A stretch of 52,664 nt of DNA from Saprolegnia diclina VS20 (lineage: Eukaryota). Location of the stretch: positions 237,217-289,880 of the forward strand of contig NW_008246074.1 in the NCBI RefSeq assembly GCF_000281045.1, read 5' to 3'. Positions 21,814 to 32,373 of this stretch are shown piece by piece. Every line of letters begins with the position of its first letter. Positions within the stretch are counted from its first letter, which is position 1. The notes under the pieces were generated by a model that was given only the letters and a program-made list of their open reading frames with translations, searched no databases and was not told the DNA's origin. The position numbers and the translations under genes are program-made.

Positions 21814-23403
21814 ATGGATCGCGAAGTGACGCCGCAAAAGACACGCCGAGGCAACGCTGGCGGCCGGATCAAGGCCAAAGGCGGCGGCCGCGGCCCGGCG
21901 CTGACCCCGCGCCCTGCGCCAATGCCAACGCCCACGATCTTGCGCGCCGCAGCGCCGCCGGCCGTCGCGACGCTCTTCAACCCCGACCAGCCGCGCCAGC
22001 AAGTGCATCCGCAAGGCCACCAGAAGCTTTACGAGCCCAACTCGTCGCCGTTCTCACCGCCAGGACCGCTCTCACAGCCAGCGCAGCGTCCTGGCGCCAA
22101 GGCAAAAGCCGACCCCGCGCTACAGATCCATACGGCCAAGGCATCGCTCGAGCAGCAACAGGCGCCGGTCAACGGCTGCGGCTGGAAGCTCGTCAACGCA
22201 CAGCTTCAGGTACACGCATACGCACTGTCGTCGGCGATCGCATGACGGTAAATGTAGTTTTGCGCCGACCTGCCACAACCTGCGAGCTGGGCCGAGCTCA
22301 CGCAGTACCAGGTCGTGGGTTGCATTGGCCTGGAGGGTGTCGGCAAGTCGACGCTTCTCTCGATGCTGGCAAATCAGAGCCCGTCGACAACGAATGCTTG
22401 GTTTCCGATCCAGACCCTTGGTAGTCGATGACTTAGTACCTCTCTCATGACCAATCTTAGACTGCAAGCTCAGTGGTAAGCACCAAACCAATGGCATCGA
22501 CATGTGCATCACGGACGACAATGTGGTCTTCCTCGACTGCCAGCCCTTCCTGAGCAGCTCTGTACGACTGCGACAGCTTTTCCATCCTATAGCGTCCATA
22601 TGTACTGGTAGATGCTCCACGAAATGATCCGGAAGCACGAATCGCCCAAGTTCAACGCCCTTCCGCTCGAGTATACCCTTCCGCACCACGGGCTTTTGTC
22701 TCATAGTCGTGTAGCCAGCAGCTCGAAGTCGCTTCGCTCCAACTGCTTGTGTTCCTCTTTTCCGTGTGCCACTACGTACTCGTCGTCTCGGACACGCCCA
22801 TGGACCACGGTGCACCACCTTCGCTTCAGACATAATACCCAGGCTGTCCCTCACCGCTGATGGCGTAGACCTTGCGGAGCTATTGCAATGTGGCGAAGTC
22901 CTCAAGCAGCGCGTGCCGAGTATCTCGGGCGAGCTCACTGAGCACTGCGCACAGGCCATTTTCGTGCAGACCAAGACACCACCGCGACATGCCGACTCGG
23001 CGCTTGCGTGGCTGCAGACGACCCACGATGGCTCTCTCTTCGCGTCCAGCACACCGTCGCTGCCTCTCTTTGCCCTGCCTCGTCTCGATGTACGCATCAC
23101 CGCATCTGCACGAAACCACCGGCTCATGTGGTTATCTCTAGGCGCCAACGTTTCCTGGTACGACGATCTGATAGCTTCTTGGCCGTCGACGGCAGTGGTT
23201 TAGCGACGTATGATGCTTTTGCAACCTTCATGCAGCACCTCCCCAAGACGTCACTGACGCAGAAGAAGGGCCACAACCTCCTTTCGTTGAAGGAGTGGGT
23301 GCAAAACGCGGCTCGCATTTACGACAGTCTGCGCAAGTCGAGCTCGATAAGCGACTACAGCCGCTTGCTTCAAAAAGCCTCGTCGTCGGTCTCAGGCAAG
23401 TGA
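21814..23403 (+). CDS. SMG9: Nonsense-mediated decay factor SMG9 (P-loop protein), spliced
   Basis: VVGCIGLEGVGKSTLLSML, HQTNGIDMCITDDNVVFLDCQPFLSSS, and C-terminal LKEWVQNAARIYDSLRKSSSISDYSRLL, all typical of SMG9. Confidence 0.9.
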
Positions 23404-24802
23404 ACTGCAGTGGCACCGACGCTCGGGCTTCATGCGACTGATGTCGCCCTTGGACGCGCGCAGCTTCTCGTGGTACAGCTGCGCGAGCTCGGCCTTGAGC
23501 CGGTGAATCTCGCGGGCGTGGACAACCGCCTCTAGTCACCCGGTAACATCAACATGTCAGGAGCGTTGAAAGTGTTTTGCAAAAATACGCACCGTACGGC
23601 ACCGCGTGCTTGACGCGCCGCCGCAGCGCCGACGTTTCTAGCGTCCATGCGTCGCGGAGCTGTCCGAGCTTGGCGGCGCAGGCTTTGTGCCACGCGCCAT
23701 TCATCGCTTTGGCCATGCGGGCTAGCGCTCGTGCGCTCACATCATTGAACGTCGGGTGGGGGACGTAGTACCAAATGCGTGTGGTGGCACGGACGGTGCG
23801 TACTCGGTGCGAAAGGTCGAGAGAATCGAGAGCACTTTGGTGGGGACCCACTGCTTTTCCTCAGTGGCCACCTGAATCGGGGGTGACTCGGGGGATGGCG
23901 GGTAGACCTCGCTGAGCTCGTGAACGAGCCGGCCCCACGCAAGGAGGTCGTCTTTCTGGGGGGCACCGCTGCTGGGGGCTACCCCCGGGGGGCCAAAGCT
24001 GTCGGGGGCGACAAACGAAGCATTCTCGAGCGACGTGTAAAACTAATCACAGGATGATGACGTATGCACGCGTGGAAGGGGCGAACCTTGAAGTGAGCAA
24101 ACTCTTTGGTATCGACAAGGAGCGCTACAAGCCGCTGGTTGTCGCGCACGAGCTGGCCCATTGCTGCGGTTGACGGCGCTTGCACTTCAGCCTCGCGCAC
24201 TTGACGCCGCAGCGTAGCGATATTTGTGTCGAGGTGCTCGCAGTGCGCTTGCAAGTCCATGTACAAGGTCTCGTAATGGCGCGCGGTCTCGTCTTTGGCA
24301 CACAGCTCCGCATCGCGCGCTTGAAGTTCGCGCTTCTACACTCGCATCAGACACGCATCTCATCACCGCAAGCCAGCGCTGCACCAGCTCAAGCACCAAC
24401 ATCTCCATGTCACGCTCGCTCCACGCGTCACGAGGCGGCGGCGACTGGACCTTGTGACGTGTGAGTCAGCTTACATGCCATATTGTATATACCTACCACC
24501 ACGGTTTTCAGAGCTTTGGCGTGGACACTCGCGAGCTCCTGCTTCGCAGCGTCCAAACGCTCTGTGAGCTGCGCTTCGGAGGCCTGGCTCGCCTGCAAGA
24601 GGAGACGCACGCGGTGCAGTTCGTCACGGACCGAATTTGTGTGGAAATGGGTTTGTTTGAGCAAACGCATCTCGGCACCGAGCCGATAGTACTTTTCCTG
24701 AACGTCCGAAAGCTCCGAGAGCGTCTGCAGGTGCTCGCTCGTTGCATCGAGGCCTCGCACGCGCGTCACGTCCAAGTCGTCAAGCCGCAGCGAGCGCTGC
24801 AT
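23392..24802 (-). CDS. Coiled-coil protein of unknown function, spliced (start uncertain)
   Basis: Heptad-rich exons (ELHRVRLLLQASQASEAQLTERL; DNQRLVALLVDTKEF; AWTLETSALRRRVKHAVPY; REIHRLKAELAQL) joined by short GT-AG introns. Stop TGA at 23394-23392. Confidence 0.6.
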
Positions 24803-25137
24803 GTCACTGCGAAATCGTTGTGAAACGGTCGACTTCGTTGAAGTGCATATTTGAAGAGGCCGGCGCGGGCTCCAAGATCATGCTGGGCGAGAGCCGAATC
24901 CTCATTTTCGCGTTCCCACGGTTGACAAACTCGGTTTTTGGGATCCACAAGACAAGGCGTCGGAGCGGCCACTCGTACAGTGGTTGGACGTTTATACCAA
25001 AACGCGTAGGAGCAGATCTAGTACTCCACACTCTTTAAGTTTTGTCTCCATCGTTGTTTTTTGCACATAGTCAAGTGTACAATATTGTCTACTTGTTAAA
25101 TGATCTCTATTGAGCTTTGGTGCTCGCATCACTCTAA

Positions 25138-26418
25138 TCACGCACTTCGTAGTTTCGCTACGATACGGTCCGCGGCAATCTGTCCCGAGCTCCAGCAGTT
25201 CGTAAAGTTGAAGCCACCGGTGACACCATCGACGTTCAGACACTCGCCGGCGAAGAAGAGACCTGGCGTCGTTTTGGCCTCGAGGTCTTTCGTCAGCTGC
25301 CGTAGCTCGACGCCGCCGGCCGTCACAAACTCGTCTTTGAACGTCGTCTTGCCCGTTGTCACCATCGTGCACGCGGCGACGTTGGCTGCGATCGTCGCCA
25401 CCATTTCCTTGGAGACGTTGGCCCACGTCACATCGGCCTCGAGCGCCAAGCGGGCCCAAAGCCGCTGCGCCAACAGTGGTTTGTTGTCGTCATCCACAAA
25501 CGGGCATGTGGACGCGACCTTGCGCGTCGGATGCCGCATGCGCTGGTCGGCCAAGAAGAGCCGCGCTTCGTGCGGCGAGAAGCGACCGCCTGTCCAGTCG
25601 ACGCAGAAGGGCAGCTTGTAGTCGGCAGCGTGCATCGCCAGCGCGGCAAAGGCACTCTGACGCAAGATCGCAGGCCCGCTCAAGCCAAAGTGCGTAATGA
25701 GTGTCGGGCCATAGACCGGCGGCAGCTTCTTGAGCGTCGGGAGCGAGATCATGGTCTCGTCGACCGAGATGCCCGCGAGATCACGGATGCGCGTATCGTT
25801 GGACTTGAAGGTAAAGAGGGATGGGACGGGCGGCGCGACAGCGAGCTGCAATGGTGGCGCTTGGAGGAGTTCCCAGAACGGCACCGAAGAGCCGGTTGCA
25901 ATGACAACGCAGCGTGCGTGGAGGTCGAGGATCGAGTCGTCGGCCTTGGCCCGCGCTGCCATCGTAAAGATTGCGTCATCACTATTATGCGAGAGCGAGA
26001 CGACTTTGGTGCGTCGGTGGATCTCGACGTCGGCGGCTGCGTCCAACAAGACATTGACAATCGTCGCGCTCGAGTCCGTGGTCGGGAAGACGCGCCCGTC
26101 GGCTTCGGTCTTGAGCGCAACCCCATGCTTCTCGAACCACTGGTGCGACTCTTCGATGCCAAAGCGACTGAGGTTGCCGAGGAGATGCTTCCCGCCCCGC
26201 GGGTACTGCGCGGCGACGTCGCGCAGGTCGGCAAACTTGTGCCGGGCGTGCGTGACGTTGCAGCGGCCGCCGCCCGAGAGACGCACCTTCTTGAGAAGCT
26301 CTTTCTGCGCTTCCAAGAGGATCACACGCGCAGATGGCATCTGCTTGGTGATCGCTTGCGCGCAAAAGACGCCGGCGGGACCGCCACCGACAACGACCAC
26401 GTCGACGACCTTGACCAT
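25138..26418 (-). CDS. HI0933/BaiN/YhiN-family FAD-dependent oxidoreductase
   Basis: VVVGGGPAG, KVRLSGGGRCNVTH, EADGRVFP, LITHFGLSGPAIL, EFVTAGGV, GLFFAGECLNVDGVTGGFNF..CWSSG. Intronless. Confidence 0.93.
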   Translation of the reverse strand: MVKVVDVVVVGGGPAGVFCAQAITKQMPSARVILLEAQKELLKKVRLSGGGRCNVTHARHKFADLRDVAAQYPRGGKHLLGNLSRFGIEESHQWFEKHGVALKTEADGRVFPTTDSSATIVNVLLDAAADVEIHRRTKVVSLSHNSDDAIFTMAARAKADDSILDLHARCVVIATGSSVPFWELLQAPPLQLAVAPPVPSLFTFKSNDTRIRDLAGISVDETMISLPTLKKLPPVYGPTLITHFGLSGPAILRQSAFAALAMHAADYKLPFCVDWTGGRFSPHEARLFLADQRMRHPTRKVASTCPFVDDDNKPLLAQRLWARLALEADVTWANVSKEMVATIAANVAACTMVTTGKTTFKDEFVTAGGVELRQLTKDLEAKTTPGLFFAGECLNVDGVTGGFNFTNCWSSGQIAADRIVAKLRSA

Positions 26419-26911
26419 CGAAATTGCACTCTAACCAACATGCGGCGATGCCATTGGCTAGAACGAACCAATCACATGGTCTCTTTTGACCAGGACACCA
26501 CCTCTGCGAGATCCTTGTCGTCGGGGTGGTATGCATGGAATTCTCACCTTTGGCTAGCCGACGCTTGAATCGATTGCAGCTAGAATTTCGCCACCTCATT
26601 TAATGACTACTAGTATGCAGATATCTAGATGGTGGTTCAAACCTCGGTTTCGCAAGACATGTTAACCCTCCGCTGACGGCTCACCCGTTAAAAGTTAAGA
26701 GTTTAAACGGTTGTTTTCCACCTCTCAGACATCGTTGGATGCGTCACTCGTCATCAAGCTGACAGGCGTTGTGGTGATTTTGTTCTTGGGCACTGTCTGG
26801 TGCAACGCAGACTGCACCTTGATTCGTTGCGCGTTGAGATTTATCGACCATCGCGTACCACTCGTTCGCACGTGGCGCGCACGGCAAGAGGTCGTAGCCG
26901 GATGCAAACCA

Positions 26912-26936
26912 TGTGATCAAAGACTCTTTGATCACA
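26912..26936. repeat. Perfect 12-bp inverted repeat with 1-nt spacer
   Basis: TGTGATCAAAGA-C-TCTTTGATCACA. Confidence 0.9.
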
Positions 26937-27916
26937 CTCTTGCAGGCGGCCTGGCGTCAAGACGACGTGGATTGGGCTAAATGCATTCCTTGTATCCAAT
27001 CAGATGGCCAAGAAATGCTAGAGCTATCCACCAATCATAGACCTATCCATATCCAAATCGCTTCGCGCGATTTCGGTAGGATGCAGAGCGATTTCGAGCA
27101 CTATAACGACAGCATCGGACTCCCCGCTTCATTTCCTACTGGAATCCGCCGTAATCCCACCAACGAAAATTTTCTTGAAAATGGCGAGAGATCCCGGGCG
27201 CACGTGGCGAGGCATGCATTTTCACGTCTCAGCCGAGCAATGCATCATCTGGTTGGCTATATTGTGTTAAAATATAGTCAATCACGTACCGATATTGACG
27301 CGATCTTGCAGAGCGAGAATGGCATGGTCGTGGACGCGGCGATGATCGAGCGCCAACTCGCGCTGCCGAGCTTGCTTAGCATACCGCAAGGCGACAACAC
27401 CATTGATCATGTAGTTCTTGCTCGACAAAGTGACACCTGTCCTTCATCACGTTAGCGTGGCGGGTGTAGCCACAACCACCTGCAAGGACGACCGATATCC
27501 GATACTGGTCGAGAACGCAGCCTTCTCTGCGCTCACGACGCGCGACACATAGACACTCATTTATTGGTTCGTCGCCTAGTTGCAGTGGTGTCGCCAACGG
27601 TTCCTGCTTGCTTGCTGGCGCCACGACGTTCGAAAATGACAATACTCTCCATCCGATCGAATGGCGCGGTGGCATATACAATTCACGCTGCTAATATACC
27701 GTGACAACCTGTTGATTTAATGTTGCAAGTGGCAGCGCTAGCAAGTGGGTTCATCAAAGAAAAAGCAGAGCAAGCCCAGGTTGACACATAGGAACCTCTT
27801 ACAACACATAGTACGCATGTTTTATCAAGGGTATTGAATGTCAGAGACTCGATGTTGTCGGCAGATTTTGCAATCCAGAGTCTTCGTCAATTCCGATCAT
27901 CGGCCCGACGACGACG

Positions 27917-29634
27917 ATGCTACGCTCGACATGGTAGACAGCGTACGCTGCTTCCTTCGCCTCATGCATGCTGCGTAGCAAGGCCCTCTCTTCGCGTGTG
28001 CTGGCGCGCGCGCCGACGTCCTACCTCCAAAGGTACAGCGTCCGCGACCGGCGACATTGCCAATGTAAAGCGTAGCTCGATGGCGGCCGCTGCGCTCTTG
28101 ACAGCGGGTACGGCCATGACGGCGCTTAGCGAAGAGGCGCCGACCGAGGCGCCCAAGAAGAAGTCCAAGACGCGCTGGCACACGCGCCAGAAGTACGAGG
28201 ACGGCGACAAGCAAGCGCAGCTCATGAACGAGAGCTTGACGCGCTACAAGCAGGACCTCGCGGCTTTCGACAGCATCGAGACGCGCTTTGACGTATTCGC
28301 CAAGGCGGTCAACAAGGACAAGAAAAATAGCTGGCAAAAGGTCATGACTTTTACCGGTATGTACATGCTTACTTTTTTCGACGGGATCAAACCCAAGCCC
28401 ACTAGACTTTGTGCACGCGTTGGTGCTACCGCGCTTCCGCACGGCCGAGCCGGTCTCTTCGACCTGCTGCGCTGCGACGTCTCACGCCTCGTTCTCCGTA
28501 GCCATCGACAGCGTCGTACGCCTGCGACTTTACGGGCGACGCCAACGGCCTCATCTCGTACGAGGAGTGCCACCTCCTCGTGCATTTGCTCCAGAGTACT
28601 ACGTTTCTATCCATGTTGTGCATCCATATATCTCATTCGCGCTAGTTCCTGTCGAGCACTTTGATGTGGCCTTTCACATGTTTGACCTCGATGGCAACGG
28701 TACGTTATGGCATTTGCGTGTCCATATCTTGATTTGCTCGAATCTCACCTAGGGACGGTCGACAAGGCGGAGTTCCTTGAAGTGCTTTCGAGCGTCCTCA
28801 ACAACATCAAGGACACGCGCACGGACGCGTCCAAGCCCAAAGAAGTCCACGGTAGTCAACGCGATCTATCTATGGTCAACGAAGTTCACGACGGACGATC
28901 GCTAGTCGAAGCGTCGTTCCGGCTGCTGCAGCATTTCTTCGGCAAGCATGGCAAGAAGAAGATCACAGCCAAAGAGTTTATCGCGGTCATCCAGTCGCTC
29001 AAGGAGCACCTCTTGCGCGCCGAGTTTGACTTGTATGCGACCGAGCGCAACGGCGTCAAGTCGATTTCTGTCCACGACTTTGCCGTCACGCTCATCTCGT
29101 GTCTCGACCCAAAGCACCTCCCGAGCCTCCTTCCGCGCCTCCAGCTCTTGGCCGCGAGCGATGTACTATCAACTTGATACAATGCAACCATCCGCTGATA
29201 CCATTTGTTTATTTGTAGGAGCGCGTGAGCTGGCAAGAATTTGTGCTCTTCCACAGCGTGATCCAGAACCACCTTGAAGGCATCAAGCTCGCGTTCGAGC
29301 TGCGCCCGGAAGACGAAGTCAACGAAGGTAGCGTCACGGGTATGACGACGGCGCGTCATGGCAACGTGTAATAGAGGACTTTATCAAGGCTGCGTACATT
29401 GTCAGTGGCGTCCGCTTGCCCGAGCACATCATGGCTATGGTCTTCCGCGTCTTTGACGCCAACGGCAACGGCACGCTCGACGAAGATGAGCTCCTCAAGG
29501 TACATGCACGCATTTTCCCGCAGTCATCTCAACACAGGATGCAGATCCTTGCCACGCGGAACCAAGCGGCGCTGCACAAGACGGTGCCGCTGTCGCGCCC
29601 GGCCAAGTTTTGGGCGTGCCTCCACGACGCCTAG
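27917..29634 (+). CDS. Mitochondrial calcium uptake EF-hand protein (MICU1/2-like), multi-exon
   Basis: Spliced transit-like start MLRSTCKALSSRVLARAP; ETRFDVFA; MTF.DF; DANGLISYEE; HFDVAFHMFDLDGNG; HFFGKHGKKKIT; VFRVFDANGNGTLDEDE. Confidence 0.85.
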
Positions 29635-29965
29635 AAGTCTCTCGATGACGAACGAATGTGTGGTCAGCGCGTGATAGTGGCAGAGCTAATCCCAATGTTC
29701 GCCAGCGTACACTTGCTTGGATGGCGCAGAGAGGTGGCTAGCAGAGACAGGCGGCGCCATTCGCATGCCTATGGCCTTGACCTCGGTCGTGCCTGACCAG
29801 ACCAAGAGCCCAGAAGCAGTTCTTAGTGCGCCTTATAGCCGGCGACTGCGTCGCATCCTGCATTGCAAAGGCTCACGTCGATCTTCCGGCAGTGGTTTTT
29901 ATCCGGATGCTACCACCTGGTTTGGATCTGCAGGTTGCATTTCCGCAAAGATATCATCGGCCATC

Positions 29966-30705
29966 ATGCAACGCGGCTTCTTCGAGGAGCTGCGCAAGCT
30001 GCGGTCGCTGGACCTGAGCAACCACTGCGTGACAGTCCAGGCTGTCAAGAGCCAAGTGCGGGCGCTGCAGCACCAGACGCTACTCTGTCGGCCGCGGCGC
30101 GCCGACGCCATCGATGTCGGGCTCTTTTTGCGCCAGTTTGTGGTAACACCCGAATGCGTCTTATTGGCCACCAAGAGCAACGTTGGATGCGTGTAGCCGC
30201 TCCTTCTCCGCCTCCTCGTCACGCGAAGGCAAGTGCAAACCGCGGTGCTGACGTGGGTCGTGAGCCTCAACCACATCTTTGGCAAGCAGCCGTTGCGCGA
30301 CGTCTCGACAGCCATCGTTGCGGGCCTCCTCGCACAGCCGCATCCGATCCGCCGGTTGTTTTGCATGAAGACGCTCATCCACTCGACGCGCTTTGACTGC
30401 AGCGTCTTTGCGATCGCGGTCGAGGCAACGGTGACATCGCCCGAAACAAGCGCCGATCGTACGTGTCTCGACTTGCCCTTTGCGGAGATCACAGAACGCG
30501 GTTGTTAGTACGCGCCGAGTGCCATAGCTACGTCGCACAGATCCTCAAGCACTGGCCGCTCGAGGACAAAGCGCTTGCGCTCGAGATGGACGACCAAGAT
30601 CGCCACGAGCTCGACACGGTACTGCTAACGCGCCTCCTTCGTGCACTGTCATGCTAGCCAGTTTGCGTACATCGCAGTCACCGAGAACAACATGAGCCGT
30701 TTTAA
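29966..30705 (+). CDS. Hypothetical protein, spliced
   Basis: ATG 29966 (MQRGFFEELRKL...), coding-biased exons joined by GT-AG introns near 30143-30196, 30459-30508 and 30619-30657. Confidence 0.55.
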
Positions 30706-30706
30706 C

Positions 30707-32071
30707 TTATCGAGATCGCGGTTTTTGCAGCGTCGTAATGACGTCCAAGATCGTCGCCACGAACGCGTCCGAGTTGAAGAGGAGACCGCTCACATGGCCG
30801 GCTGTGACGTGGCGAAACGTGGCGCGCGGCCAGCGCTGCATGAGAAGCTGCCATTGGTCGTCGTTGCGGCCAATGTACTGGTCTTCAGTGGCTTGTGAGA
30901 ACACGACGGCATCTTCCCGGCGCGGTGCCGGAAAGTTCTCAATGTTGGTCAGCGCCAAGAAGGCGCTTAATCGTTGCTTGACGTGCGCGACTTCGTCCTA
31001 CATGCATCGGATGCACACGTGCTGCTACGAGACGGCCAAGCGATGTACCGAGTAGGCAGTGGCGTAGTCGGACACGTGGCCCGAGAGCAAATGGTCGATC
31101 ATCGCAAGCTCTTTTTGCTGTGAAAGCGACTGCCAATTGCAGGAGAGCGCAAGGAGACCACGCGTGAAGGCCGGGATCGCTGACGGCGGTGCGACCCACG
31201 ATGCAGCGCCCACGTCGCCAGGGTACAAGGCGGCGGTCATGGCCGCGTGCAGCCCGCCCATACTGCCGCCTACCATAGACATATAGAGATACATGTATTG
31301 ACTTGGTAGAGACGAGGTATGTCGTACCGGCAACGACGAGCTGCTCAAACTGAAAATGCGACTGAAAGTGGTGCAAGAGCGACTTGGCTTCTTCGATCGT
31401 CGTCAAGCCCAGAATCGGAAGGTCACTCACACTAGTTCGTCTACAATATCAACAAGAGCGAGAGAAATGGCGTCCTACTGCCGCAGTTTCGAGCCTTTCT
31501 GGTTGGGTGGGCGGCGCCGGCCGTAAAAGGCGCCTTCCAGCACCAGTGTGGCGACGCCGGCGCGGGCGAGCGGCTCCGCGACGCTGAGCCGGCGATGCGT
31601 GCACCCGTGCTCGCCCGTGCCTGGCAAGAGTACGACAAGCGGTCGCTTGCTCCCGTCTATGTGCAGTGGGCTTGTGCTTGCCGTTGCAGCCATCTCAGGT
31701 GGCAAAATCAGTTCAAAGTACGCCGTGTGGCACACCGGCGGCAGCAAGACGGCGTGGTCCCGCAGCGTGGTGCGAAACGAACCTTGCACAATCAATGGCG
31801 CCTGGCGGCGTAGGCGTCGCAGAGGCGTGAGCTGCAGGTCGACGATCGGTGCGACGGCAAACTTTTCGTCGGTCGCAAGCCGCTGCGAGAGCAGCGACGG
31901 CACGTGCAGGTCGCCCCAGCCGTCGCTGAAGAAGCCTTGCGGGAAGAGCAGCGGGTGGTGCGTGAGCTTGGCGGTCACGTGGTCCAGGACGCGGTGGTGC
32001 GTCGTTGTGACCTTGTCGAGCACCCGCGCCGGGCGGCGCAGTGTGCTCAGGAGCTGCCACGGGTGCCACAT
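30707..32071 (-). CDS. ABHD18: Alpha/beta hydrolase ABHD18 (DUF2048 family), spliced
   Basis: FFSDGWG, LPGTGEHG..RR, LEGAFYGRRRP..QKGSKL, nucleophile G-SMGG, A..D.YI, AGHVSG. Confidence 0.88.
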
Positions 32072-32373
32072 TGCCGCGTTTTGAAAATGGCGGCGACATC
32101 GTCAAGCATACTATTTAAAATGTTTAAAATAGTGTACGCCGGAACGACGCAGGGCTGTGGACGAGAGAATCCTAGGTACGTCCAGAAGGCGCCACATAAG
32201 GATCGACGTGATGCGCGCTTCGTGCGTATATGTCGCGAAGTTTAGTTTGCTAGGCGCTTGCATGGAGGATGCACGCGGGAGCTTCCCGCGCACGGTGAAG
32301 ATCTTAAAATAGTGTGTATTTTTGTAACACTATTATTACCACCGTCATCAAGTCCTTTTTGTTGGCAATCATC

